Source of the DNA: a virus
Virus record (IMG/VR): IMGVR_UViG_3300025913_000021
Span: 64,001-128,000 of that record
Strand: one strand, 5' to 3'
Length of the DNA: 64,000 nucleotides
Part shown: positions 54,832 to 64,000 of the stretch, piece by piece
How the letters are laid out: each line of letters starts with the position of its first letter
How positions within the stretch are numbered: position 1 is the stretch's first letter
The notes under the pieces: model-generated
Told to the model about the DNA's origin: nothing
What the model saw: the letters and a program-made list of their open reading frames with translations, nothing else
Database searches by the model: none
Translations under genes and position numbers: made by a program

Positions 54832-55292
54832 CAGAGATCGTCCGATGTGTAGGTGGTCACGCCTCGGTAGGTGTTCGTCGTCGCCTGCACCTTGGTGTCC
54901 GTGCCCTGCCCGGCCGTGGTGCGCATCGTGGAACCCTCGAAGGTGAGCGTGAACTTGAGCCGGATCGTGTAGAGCATCGACTCGACCTTGAAGCCGACCT
55001 CCGCACCCGACCAGAGCCCAGCGGCAGTGCGCTGCCAGTTCAGCACGGTCGCCGTGGCCAGTGGCAGCTCGCCGACCTTGAGCGGGGTGATCGTCACGAC
55101 GCCGAAGGAGAACGTCGGCTCGTCGATCATGTACGCCCCGAAGGCGATGGCCTGCTTGCCGGTGAGACGGCTCTCGCCGATGCCTGAGGTCTTGACGGTG
55201 AAACGGACGCGCGCCGGTCTCGGCACGGCCTGGTTCGTCTCCCGGGCTCGCGCCGCCTGGCGATTGAGGTGGTGGTGGATCGCGGAGGTCAT
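54831..55292 (-). CDS. hypothetical tail-module protein
   Basis: ATG 55292 within the overlapping chain. Confidence 0.6.
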   Translation of the reverse strand: MTSAIHHHLNRQAARARETNQAVPRPARVRFTVKTSGIGESRLTGKQAIAFGAYMIDEPTFSFGVVTITPLKVGELPLATATVLNWQRTAAGLWSGAEVGFKVESMLYTIRLKFTLTFEGSTMRTTAGQGTDTKVQATTNTYRGVTTYTSDDL

Positions 55293-57958
55293 GTGCCATA
55301 CACCGGCTGCTCGAAGGGACCGCCAGCCGCTTCCTTGCCGACCCGCTTGAGGATCGCGGGCAGCGTGGTCACCGCTGGGGTGAGGGTCTGCTTGTTGACG
55401 AACCACTCCGTGTTCGGGTCGCCGCCGAGCCAGTGGCACGTCACGTCCATCGTGTACTCGCCGCTCTCCAGGTTGTGCGTGGAGGTGACGCCCGAGACGT
55501 AGTGGATGTTGGTCTCGTAGCTGGTCCGCTCGAAGATGCGCACCTGATCGTCGATCTGGAGTCCTGGATGAGCGACGATCTTCGCGCTGCCCGTGCGGTA
55601 GGTGAACAGGATGAACAGCGCGGTCAGCTCGGCCATCCGCTGACACTCGCGCTCGGTGTAGAACAGGTTGGTCGATTCGCCGGGGACGATCATCAGCCGG
55701 TACTGCCCGGCCAGCACGTCCGTGAAGTCGATCGCGCTGGTCTGGCCGGTCTCGCTGTTGTAGCCGAGCACGTAACCACCGGCCACCGGAGCCGGGGCGC
55801 TGGTGGACTTCGGGTAGCCACCGACGACCAGCACCTCCGAGCGCACGTCCGCGTCGCTGATCGTCATCTGGTAGCTGATCAGGTTCACGTCCTCGTGGAA
55901 CTCGATCGGGTGTCCAGCGACCCGCGCCTTGAGAGCAGTGCTCGCGCCGATGTCGTCGATGAAATTACCGGCCGTCCAAATGTTGGGCAGCCGGAACTGC
56001 GCACCGCCGGTCTCGTCGATGAAGAAGATCCCGCCGATGAAGTCGCGGATCAGGCCGATGCCGTCCATGAACGACTTGCTCATGAAGTAGTCGCCCGGCG
56101 TGCACACGATCGGGCCCGCACCGAGGATCTCGAAGTCGCCCCACACGCGCAGGTTGACCACCGGCCTCGCCCGGAGCGTGGTGATCCTGGCATTGAGATC
56201 GTTGATCTGGTTGATGATCGCCGCCTTCTGACCGGCGTTCCACCACGTCTGGCTATGCAACTGCTTGCGCAGCACCATGATCTTCTTCTGGTACGCGGCG
56301 ATCGTGGCGGCGGGCGAGGTCGAACCGATCACCGGGTCGGCCGTCGGTGCGTCCTCCCAGGTCAGCCCAGCCCAGGCGCACATCTCCTTGATGGGCTCGG
56401 TCCAGTCGTTGATCGAACCGCCCTTGCCCTCGGTCGAGGCGAGGAAGGTGTTCGGGATGTGGTTGCGCACGACCATCTCGCGTACGCCTGCACGGTACGG
56501 CGAGCCCTCGCCCAGGCTGGGGTTGAGGTTGGTGAACACCACCCGCACGAAGTTGGCCTTGTACGTCTTGGGCAGCGTGATCGTCGCCTTGCCGTTGCTC
56601 GGCACCGTCGCGGTGATCACGTACGGGATGTCCACGTGCGTGCCACCGGTCGCAGTGCCACCGGTCGGCGGCGGCGTCAAGGTGCCCTTGACGTACGGGA
56701 TCTTGATCCGCTGGCCGGGGTAGATCCAGTGCGGATCCTTGATGATGTTGTTGTTGGCCCGCGCGATGATCGGCCACTTGAAGTTGTCGCCGTAGTAGTG
56801 CCCGGCCAGGTCCCACAACGTGTCGCCCGAGGTGATGACGTACATGAAGCCAGCGCCGTCACCGGGGGAGTCGTAGTAGTCCAGGTTCTCCGAGTTGCCC
56901 GCGACCGTGCTGGTGCCCTGCCACTTCCCTCCCGAGTGCACGCAGACGTACACGAGGTAGTTACCGCCGTAGCAGTTGAGCACGATCTCGTTGATCTCGC
57001 CGTGCACCTTCGCCTGGAGCCACTCCAGGTTGCTGCCGACGGTGTTCGCGCCCGAGAGCCAGAACGTGTGCTTCCTGCCGTCGAAGGCATCGCGCGCCCG
57101 GTGGCCGAGCACCTTGCCGTTCTTGCCGTAGCGCCGATCGGTGCTGGCCGAGTGGTAGGTGGCGACGTTCTTGCCGATCACCTCCTTGTGGCCCATGTCC
57201 TTGTGCGCCGGGCAGTAGATCAATGGGAAGCGGTCGATGGGCAGCAGTGGCGGGTAGATGAACTGCTCGATCAGCAGCTTGGCCAGGTCGCGGCACTCCA
57301 ACTGCATCGTGCCGTCGTTGTGGATCGTCACCTGGTCGATGAGCCACGTGCCGGTCTGGTAGAGCTTCGTGTCCGCCTCGGGCGGGACGTAGCCCTCGCT
57401 GCTCGGGTCGTGCATGTAGATCTCGTTGCCGAGCGAGTCGAAATTGTCGCTGCCGTAGCCCTGGTAGGTGCGGATCACCGTGTTGGGGATGAACACGTCG
57501 CGGTACGGATTCTCGGGATAACCCCAGCTCGTCGGCAGCACGAGCTGCGCGTCGCTGTCGGTCATGCCGAGATCGGTGTCCGTGCCGGTATAGACGCTCG
57601 TCAGATTCTGGATCGCCGCACCGCGCCCCGGCGTGAGGTAGCCCTTGCGTCCCTCGGTGTCGATGCCCTCCGGCTGGCTCGTCTTGTTGTGCGTGTTCCA
57701 CAGCGTGATCGTGCACGTCGCTGCGTCCTGGCCGATCGAGCGCTGGATCTCGACGCTGGCGATGCCGGTGAACTCGAACTGGGTCGGGTTCTTGTCCAGG
57801 TAGCGAACAGCGCCCATGCCGTCCTTGGTGCTGTGGATCTGGCGGATGCTCTGCTTGCACCACGTCGCACGCGTGACCGGCCGGTCACGGCCGACCATCA
57901 TCCCGGAACGCTGGATTTCCTGGATGTGCTGGAACTTCGCCGTCGTGTAGTCGCGCAC
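55289..57958 (-). CDS. baseplate hub / Tal-like tail protein with internal LysM and discoidin-like domain
   Basis: LysM YVITSGDTLWDLAGHYYG...WPIIARAN...IKDPHWIYPGQRIKIP; AFDG...FWLS; PGLQIDDQVRI; second gene after the tape measure. Confidence 0.75.
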   Translation of the reverse strand: MRDYTTAKFQHIQEIQRSGMMVGRDRPVTRATWCKQSIRQIHSTKDGMGAVRYLDKNPTQFEFTGIASVEIQRSIGQDAATCTITLWNTHNKTSQPEGIDTEGRKGYLTPGRGAAIQNLTSVYTGTDTDLGMTDSDAQLVLPTSWGYPENPYRDVFIPNTVIRTYQGYGSDNFDSLGNEIYMHDPSSEGYVPPEADTKLYQTGTWLIDQVTIHNDGTMQLECRDLAKLLIEQFIYPPLLPIDRFPLIYCPAHKDMGHKEVIGKNVATYHSASTDRRYGKNGKVLGHRARDAFDGRKHTFWLSGANTVGSNLEWLQAKVHGEINEIVLNCYGGNYLVYVCVHSGGKWQGTSTVAGNSENLDYYDSPGDGAGFMYVITSGDTLWDLAGHYYGDNFKWPIIARANNNIIKDPHWIYPGQRIKIPYVKGTLTPPPTGGTATGGTHVDIPYVITATVPSNGKATITLPKTYKANFVRVVFTNLNPSLGEGSPYRAGVREMVVRNHIPNTFLASTEGKGGSINDWTEPIKEMCAWAGLTWEDAPTADPVIGSTSPAATIAAYQKKIMVLRKQLHSQTWWNAGQKAAIINQINDLNARITTLRARPVVNLRVWGDFEILGAGPIVCTPGDYFMSKSFMDGIGLIRDFIGGIFFIDETGGAQFRLPNIWTAGNFIDDIGASTALKARVAGHPIEFHEDVNLISYQMTISDADVRSEVLVVGGYPKSTSAPAPVAGGYVLGYNSETGQTSAIDFTDVLAGQYRLMIVPGESTNLFYTERECQRMAELTALFILFTYRTGSAKIVAHPGLQIDDQVRIFERTSYETNIHYVSGVTSTHNLESGEYTMDVTCHWLGGDPNTEWFVNKQTLTPAVTTLPAILKRVGKEAAGGPFEQPVYGT

Positions 57959-58380
57959 TAGAGGATCCGTCCGTAGACGCGCTGGCCCGAGGCGTTGACG
58001 TAGGCGGTGACGGTGAACTCGGCGTCGTACGTGTGGTACCAGGGGTTGTTCGGTCGCCGGATGCGCTTGGGCGCGAACTTGCTGAACACCCCGTAGAAGG
58101 TCCGGTTGAGGTCGTCCACGAGCTTGATCAGCACGCGCTTGTCGAACCAATACTCCAGGTTCTCGTAGTGCCCCTGCTCCAAGATCACGCCCGAGAAGTT
58201 GATCGTGGGCGTCGTCGAATTGCCTTCCTGCACGAGGTTCATGCGGTTGGGGCCGCTGCTCTGCAAGATGGCCATCTGCTTGGTGATCTCGGGCGAGCCA
58301 CCGTCGTTCGGGTTGATCTCCATCTGGTAGGTGACTGGGGTTGCGGCCCAGTAGTCCTGCATGGACCAACGGACGACCAT
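57958..58380 (-). CDS. distal-tail (Dit)-like protein
   Basis: 140 aa directly after the tape measure; Y.MEINPN, FSGVIL. Confidence 0.6.
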   Translation of the reverse strand: MVVRWSMQDYWAATPVTYQMEINPNDGGSPEITKQMAILQSSGPNRMNLVQEGNSTTPTINFSGVILEQGHYENLEYWFDKRVLIKLVDDLNRTFYGVFSKFAPKRIRRPNNPWYHTYDAEFTVTAYVNASGQRVYGRIL

Positions 58381-58383
58381 CTG

Positions 58384-61300
58384 TTATCGCCTCCCCACCG
58401 GGACGTTGCGCGGGCTCGCCGAGTTGGCTCGCACCTGCTGCCCGGTCTGCTGGTTGATCAGCGAGATCACCTGCGCCGCGACCGCCTTGGCCATCGCACT
58501 CGTCGGCAGCGTCTGGTTCACCGTGATCGACGCCTGCTGGTTGTTGTTCACGATGTTGGCCTGCGTGCCGGTGCCACCGAAGCCCGCACCGAGCGAGCGC
58601 CGCACGTCGTACGCGGTCGGCAGCTTGATGTCGCTCGGGATGTTCAGACCGCCCTGCGTGAGCTGCTCGCGGATGCCACTCTGCAAGCTCTTGATCTTGA
58701 GGGTGATCGAGCGCTGCTCGGCCAGGGTGAGCTGCTTGTTCTTCAAGATCTGCTGGAGCGCGGCGATCTCCTGCGCACCCGTGATCTGGTACGTCTCCTT
58801 TTGGAAGTCCAGCGTGTCGAGCTGCGCCTGCAACGCCACGTCGAACTGGTTGCGCTGCGCCGCGATCACCGCACCGTAGAGCTTGTCGTACTCGCTGGTG
58901 CCCTTCTTGCCACCCTTCTTGAGGTAGCGGTTGAGATCGACCTGCGCCTTCTGGAGCGAGACGCCCGCCGCAGCCTGACCGAGGTCCGAGCCCTGGCCGA
59001 CACCGCGAGCGTTGAGCTGCTGGATCTGGAGGTCCAACCCCGCCTCGATCTGCTGCGTCACCGCGTCGTACTGCGCCGACTTCGACGTGATCACGCTGGT
59101 GTACGCGTCACGTGCCTCCTTGCTGTTCTTGCCGTACTGCTCCACGGCGTAGCGGTAGGCGTCCTCGGCCTTGCTCAGGTCCAGCGTTGCAGCCCGCACG
59201 TCGTCACCGTGGAATCGTGCAACCGCCGCCCTCGCGGCGAGCGCCGACTCCTTCTGGGCCTCGATCGCGTCGGCGATCTGCTGCCGGATCGCGATCTCCT
59301 GCTGCTGCGCCTGGAGCAACGTGGCCTGGTCGGCGAGGGTGCCACCACGAGCCGACGCCTCAGCCTGGAGCACTTGGTTGAGCTGCGCCTGACCCTTCGC
59401 GATGGCGTTGCGGTTCTGTGCGACGGCGATGCCGTACCGCGCTTGCGTCACCTGCTGGTTCGCCTGCGCGACGCCGAGATTGCCCGCCCCGACAGCGGCC
59501 TTGTCCTGTCCGATCTGATCGGCCGACGCGCCACTGGCCAGATCCTGCTTGAGCTTCAACTGGGCATTGGCCAGCGTGGCGTTCGCCTTGGTCAGGGCGT
59601 CGTTCGAACTGGCGATGATCAGGTTGTTCGCGTTGTAGGCAGCCTGGTTCTGCAACTGGGCGATCTGCTGCTTGTTCTGCTCGATCTGCGCGATGTTGGC
59701 CCAGTATTGCGGGTCGTCGTGGGTCAGCGTCTTGTTGTACTTCTCGATCGCCGTGTTGGCTCGCCGCAGGTCGGCAACCGCACCGCCCGTCCCGGCACCG
59801 AAGTGGACGCCGCCGACATCGCCACCGGTCCCCGACAGGCTCGCGCGCAGGCCCGCGCGGTTGGTGAACTCCTGGATCGGGTTCTGGTAGATCTGCTGGT
59901 TGACACCCTGGAGACCTTCGAGCCCCGCCTTGAGCTGCGCCTGCGCCTTGTCGAACGCCGCCTGCGACTTCTGATCGGGCTTGCCGATCGACTCCAGGAT
60001 CGTGTTGGCCTGCTTGATCGACTCGTTGTAGCCGTCCCGCAACGCCTTGAGCAGACGCTGCTGGCTCAGCGCGCCCGGCGAGCGCTCGCCCTTCGGGTTG
60101 TAGATCGTCGGCGCACCGGCCGGTGCCTGGCCAGGGAGGGTGGACTGGATGCCGGAGGACTGCGTGTTGTTGTCGCGCGTCGAACCAGCAACGGCCGGGC
60201 CGGTCTGCGTCGCCTGACGCAGCATCGAGTGGAAGTTGCCACCCGCGTCGTAGTAGCCGTACTTCCCGTCGGTGGTGCGACCGACCTGACCTGCCTGGCC
60301 CTGGTCGATGCCAGCCGCCGCGAGCACGTCCTTGTACGCCTTGCTGCCCGGCGAGAGCGTGCCCGCCTTGAGCAGGTTCTGGATCGCTTCGCGCTGGGTG
60401 GTCAACGTCTCCGGGTTGAGCTGGCCGACCGTACCGAGCGCCGACTGGAGATCGTCGATCTGCTGACTGTTCAGCACGTCGATCTTGTTGAAGCCCTTGA
60501 TCGCCGCGATGCGGTGCTGCGCGGCCGTCTGGAGCGTCGTCTCCAGCCGGTCGATGTCGGCCGAGATCTTGGCCTGAGCCTCCTTGCTGTTTCCACCGGC
60601 CGTCTGAATCTTGTCGCGCTCGGACTCGATCTGCTTGCGGACCTTGGTCTGGAACGCCTCCACGGCCTCGGCACTGCCGAGCTTCGGGAGCTGGTCCTTG
60701 AAGCCCTGACCGCGCGACGCCTTGTCACCGGCCGAGCCCTTGGCGAAGCCGCCGACCACCTGATCGAACAGCTTGTAGTAGGCGTTGTTCGACGCGACCG
60801 AGGTCTGCGCGTTGTTGAACTTCCGTGCATCGAGGACCGCACTGACCCCGCCGAACGCGGTGCCGCCGATCGCACCGAGAGCCGCACCGAGCGGACCACC
60901 GACCAAGCCGCCGATGCCCGCACCCATCGTGATGCTCTCGGCCAGGCTGCCCGCAAATCCACGAGCACCAGAACCAGCCGACTGACCACCGGAGATCGCC
61001 TGGCCGAGAACGGGTGCACCGAAGATGGCCAGGAGCGGAGCTGCCGCACCGAGCTTGCCGAACTTGCCGAGCCGTGCACCGAAGCCAGCACCGGCACCCG
61101 TGGCCAGCGCCTCCTCCTCGGCCGCACCCGCCGGGAACGGCAGCAAGCCGCCGGAGCGACCAGCGTTCATCGCTTGCAGCTCCGCCCGGGTCATCCCCGG
61201 CAGAGCGCCCTCAGCGGATGCGATGCGCTGAGCGTCGGCCGAGGCCACCTGACCTGGCGTGGCGAAACGGCCGGTCGTCGGATTCCGGAACGCGAGCGGG

Positions 61301-64000
61301 AGGAGCATCTGCCCCTCGGTCTGCGCCGCGACCTGAGCCGCCTCGCGCTCGGCAGCCTGCGTCCCAGCTCCGACCGCGCCGCCACCGAACAAGGTCGGCT
61401 GGTAGGCACCGGCACGCGAGATCGGGAACAGCGCACCCTGCTCGGCGGCACCGATCGCACCGCCCGTAGTCGCCACCCGATTGGCGACGACCACCTCCTC
61501 CTCGCTGGCTGCGGCCGTGCGTGCCGCACCGGACAGGACGTTCAGCGTCTCGGCAGCCGTGCGGGCTGCCGTGTCCATCACACCGAGCGTCTCGGTGGTG
61601 GAGACGATCTGGCGCTCCTCGGCGCTGCGCACCGTGTTGGTGGCCGCTGCCTGGTCCTCCACGACCCCGACCGGGCGACGGAGGCCGAAGCGCGAGGTCC
61701 CCGCGCCGCGAGCGATGTCACGGAAGCGGTAGCGAGCAGCGGGCACGTTCTCGGATCCGGCTGCCTGCGCGGCGGCGATCTCGTCGGCGTTGCGCGGCGT
61801 GATGTTGCCGAACAGCCGACGACCGACGCCACTGCCGAGCACGAGGCGCGACCCGGCACCGGCACCGACGAACTTCCAGACGGCCGCGACCTCACCGAGC
61901 GCGATGGCCAGGTGCAGCGCCTCGCGCGTCGGGATGCCGAAGTAGTCGTGGTCGGCGAAGTTGCTCAGTGCACCGCTGACCTTGTTGATGATCTTGAGGA
62001 TGTCGTCCAGCGTCATGGCCAGCGCGCCGAGAGCGTCGAAGGCACCGATGCGCTGGAGTTCCGAACCGAGGTTCTGGAAGTCCTCGTCGAGCTGCTTGAT
62101 CCGACCCGAGATCGTCTGGAGGTAGCGCTGGTTCTGGTTGCTCAGCGCGTTGTTGCTGTCCAGCTCGCCGTTGAGCGCCTTCACCGCGTTCGCGCCGCCA
62201 CCGATCAGGGCGGCGAAGGCCCGCGCCTGGATGCCGGTGCCCATCAGGCCCGCGATGGCCTGCTTGCTCGCGTCGTTGAGGTGACCGTACTGACCGATCA
62301 GCTCCTGCAACACGCCGCCGATGTCGCCGCTCTGGAACTGCTGCGCGATCGACAGCCCAGCCGAGTTGGTCGGCTTGAGCACGCGCTGGAGAGTCTCCTG
62401 CGTGCGCGTGTTGTAGAGGCTCGACAGCAGACGCGAGGTCTGCGACGCCGACTGCTCACCGCTCTGGCCGGTGCCCTGGGCGACATACGCGGCGATGGTG
62501 GACGCCTGCCGCTGGCTCAGGCCGAAGTCGCGCGCCTCCTGCGCGATCTGCGTGGTGCCCTCGGTGATGTCCTTGACGTTCACGCCCGTGAGCTGACTCA
62601 GGCGTGCGATGTCGTCGCCGGTCTGCTTGATGCCCTGCTGCATCGTGAGACCGGACTGCTGCCAGGTGTCGCCGTACGCGGCCACCACGTCCCGCAGGCC
62701 GACCGCCGCGTCCTTCGCCGTCAGCGTGCCCTGGCTGATGTTGGCGAGCTGGGCAGCGACCTCAGCACCGAACCGGATGTCGGCAGTGGTCTTGAGCGTG
62801 CCCGACAGCTCGGACGCGGCCTCGATGACGTGCTCCAGCGGAGTCGCCGTCTCGGCCGAGATGTTCTGGAAGTCCTGGCGCAGATTGCCCGCCGAAATGC
62901 CGTTCGCATCGAGGCTGGCCTGGAGACGAGCGAACGCGGCCTGCGCTTCGAGGCCGTCGTGCACCAGCTCCTTGAGCTTGTCGAAGCCCTCGAACACCAG
63001 CGAGAACCCGACCATGTTCTCCAGGCCGAGCCCGATGTGGCGAAGCTGGCCAGCACCGAAGCCCTGCTGGCCGAACACCTGGGTACCGAGCGAGCGCGGC
63101 TGCTCGGCACGAGTCACCCGCTCGACACCGGCCTGCGCGGCGATCAGCTCCCGCTGAGCCGTGGCCAGCTTGATCACGTCGGTGGTCTCGGCCTCGGTCA
63201 GCGCCCGCACGCGCTCCTCGGCCTGGAACAGCGCGAGCTGGGCCCGCTGCATCTCCGCGCTCGCCCCGGCTGTCTGCTCCAGGACCGAGCGGTAGCGCTC
63301 CATCGCCGCCGAGGACTGGTTGGTGGCCGTCGTCGTGCGCTCAACGGGCGCTACGGCCCCCAGGCCAGCCAGGGCCGAGCTACCACCGCCTCGGGCGTAC
63401 ACCTGGCCCAGAGCGGTGTTCGTGGCCCCGCCACGGGGCAACTGGAGCAGCGTGCCGAGCGTCTGCCGCTGGAGGCTGAGGTTGCCACCGAGCGAGGCGA
63501 ACGCCGGGTCGTTGCGCAGCGCCGTCCCGGCACGCTCGATCGCATTGGTCCGAGCCGAGCCGGTGAGGCCGGGCAGAGCCGCACGGGTCGCCTCGATGAT
63601 CTCGCGCGTGCCCTGCTGGAGAGAATCGGCGAACGTCCGAATGTTGTCCGTCAGCTCGAACGGCGTGCCACGCACTCGCCCCGAGGATCGCCGAGCCGAT
63701 CCGGTGATGCTCGACTCTGCGACGGTGGCCTGTTCCTCGGTCGCAGCAGCGAGCTTGTTCTCGGCCGCTTCGAGCCGCCGCATGGCGTTGGCCAGCTTGC
63801 TCGTCAGGCCCGAGACATCCTCGCCCGCGCCGTACGCCTGCTCGTACTGGTTGCGAAGTCGATCGACCTTCTGCCTGCGATTGGCGACCGTCTGCTCCAA
63901 GGACGGCCGCTGCTCGGGCTCCTCCTCGGGCTGCTCAGAGTTTGAGCCCGTAGTTGGCGGCTTCGGCGGCTTCGGTGGGCGACCACCGCCGCCCCCGGCC
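58384..64000 (-). CDS. tape measure protein (5' end outside the window)
   Basis: >1870 aa, Ala/Gln/Gly-rich helical protein with Gly-rich hydrophobic central segments; frame is open to the window edge; followed by tail genes. Confidence 0.88.
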   Translation of the reverse strand, partial: AGGGGGRPPKPPKPPTTGSNSEQPEEEPEQRPSLEQTVANRRQKVDRLRNQYEQAYGAGEDVSGLTSKLANAMRRLEAAENKLAAATEEQATVAESSITGSARRSSGRVRGTPFELTDNIRTFADSLQQGTREIIEATRAALPGLTGSARTNAIERAGTALRNDPAFASLGGNLSLQRQTLGTLLQLPRGGATNTALGQVYARGGGSSALAGLGAVAPVERTTTATNQSSAAMERYRSVLEQTAGASAEMQRAQLALFQAEERVRALTEAETTDVIKLATAQRELIAAQAGVERVTRAEQPRSLGTQVFGQQGFGAGQLRHIGLGLENMVGFSLVFEGFDKLKELVHDGLEAQAAFARLQASLDANGISAGNLRQDFQNISAETATPLEHVIEAASELSGTLKTTADIRFGAEVAAQLANISQGTLTAKDAAVGLRDVVAAYGDTWQQSGLTMQQGIKQTGDDIARLSQLTGVNVKDITEGTTQIAQEARDFGLSQRQASTIAAYVAQGTGQSGEQSASQTSRLLSSLYNTRTQETLQRVLKPTNSAGLSIAQQFQSGDIGGVLQELIGQYGHLNDASKQAIAGLMGTGIQARAFAALIGGGANAVKALNGELDSNNALSNQNQRYLQTISGRIKQLDEDFQNLGSELQRIGAFDALGALAMTLDDILKIINKVSGALSNFADHDYFGIPTREALHLAIALGEVAAVWKFVGAGAGSRLVLGSGVGRRLFGNITPRNADEIAAAQAAGSENVPAARYRFRDIARGAGTSRFGLRRPVGVVEDQAAATNTVRSAEERQIVSTTETLGVMDTAARTAAETLNVLSGAARTAAASEEEVVVANRVATTGGAIGAAEQGALFPISRAGAYQPTLFGGGAVGAGTQAAEREAAQVAAQTEGQMLLPLAFRNPTTGRFATPGQVASADAQRIASAEGALPGMTRAELQAMNAGRSGGLLPFPAGAAEEEALATGAGAGFGARLGKFGKLGAAAPLLAIFGAPVLGQAISGGQSAGSGARGFAGSLAESITMGAGIGGLVGGPLGAALGAIGGTAFGGVSAVLDARKFNNAQTSVASNNAYYKLFDQVVGGFAKGSAGDKASRGQGFKDQLPKLGSAEAVEAFQTKVRKQIESERDKIQTAGGNSKEAQAKISADIDRLETTLQTAAQHRIAAIKGFNKIDVLNSQQIDDLQSALGTVGQLNPETLTTQREAIQNLLKAGTLSPGSKAYKDVLAAAGIDQGQAGQVGRTTDGKYGYYDAGGNFHSMLRQATQTGPAVAGSTRDNNTQSSGIQSTLPGQAPAGAPTIYNPKGERSPGALSQQRLLKALRDGYNESIKQANTILESIGKPDQKSQAAFDKAQAQLKAGLEGLQGVNQQIYQNPIQEFTNRAGLRASLSGTGGDVGGVHFGAGTGGAVADLRRANTAIEKYNKTLTHDDPQYWANIAQIEQNKQQIAQLQNQAAYNANNLIIASSNDALTKANATLANAQLKLKQDLASGASADQIGQDKAAVGAGNLGVAQANQQVTQARYGIAVAQNRNAIAKGQAQLNQVLQAEASARGGTLADQATLLQAQQQEIAIRQQIADAIEAQKESALAARAAVARFHGDDVRAATLDLSKAEDAYRYAVEQYGKNSKEARDAYTSVITSKSAQYDAVTQQIEAGLDLQIQQLNARGVGQGSDLGQAAAGVSLQKAQVDLNRYLKKGGKKGTSEYDKLYGAVIAAQRNQFDVALQAQLDTLDFQKETYQITGAQEIAALQQILKNKQLTLAEQRSITLKIKSLQSGIREQLTQGGLNIPSDIKLPTAYDVRRSLGAGFGGTGTQANIVNNNQQASITVNQTLPTSAMAKAVAAQVISLINQQTGQQVRANSASPRNVPVGRR

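Noticed and set aside
58033-63945. 1970-aa plus-strand ORF
   Set aside because: Antisense shadow of the tape measure gene caused by high GC3; Arg/Leu/Gly-rich with no motifs

Overview
This is a 64 kb segment of a large, GC-rich tailed dsDNA phage or prophage, most likely infecting Actinomycetota (WhiG/FliA-like sigma factor, actinobacterial-type SSB tail, LexA-like and Lsr2-like domains). There are two convergent arms that meet at a strong hairpin near 27,030-27,064. The plus arm (1-27,028) holds roughly 70 tightly overlapping, mostly small accessory or early genes, including an ATP-dependent DNA ligase, RuvB-like AAA+ ATPase, Lsr2-like/Zn-finger protein, vWA protein, tyrosine recombinase, GNAT, metallophosphoesterase, sigma-28 and many Cys-rich proteins. 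The minus arm, read from 64,000 down to about 27,240, runs: tape measure (5' end outside the window), tail and baseplate genes, holin-like membrane genes, a recombination/replication module (PD-(D/E)xK nuclease, LexA-like HTH, NlpC/P60, AAA ATPase, SSB, primase-helicase, class II RNR), an Acb2/Tad1-like protein, GT25 glycosyltransferase, dCTP deaminase, LysM muralytic enzyme, nucleotidyltransferase, HNH, tRNA-Trp and tRNA-Pro. The most striking unexplained signal is that nine unrelated plus-arm proteins end in the same 7-residue motif, [YH]-x-[IV]-x-E-x-P-stop. The motif is anchored to the stop codon and often doubles as the next gene's Shine-Dalgarno, so it may be a shared C-terminal tag or a termination-pausing/coupling device. 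Other notable signals are a CCGAACA motif in intergenic gaps alongside a phage sigma-28 and a truncated LexA, and a structured ncRNA candidate beside the tRNAs. All family assignments come from motif recognition by eye; no database searches were run.
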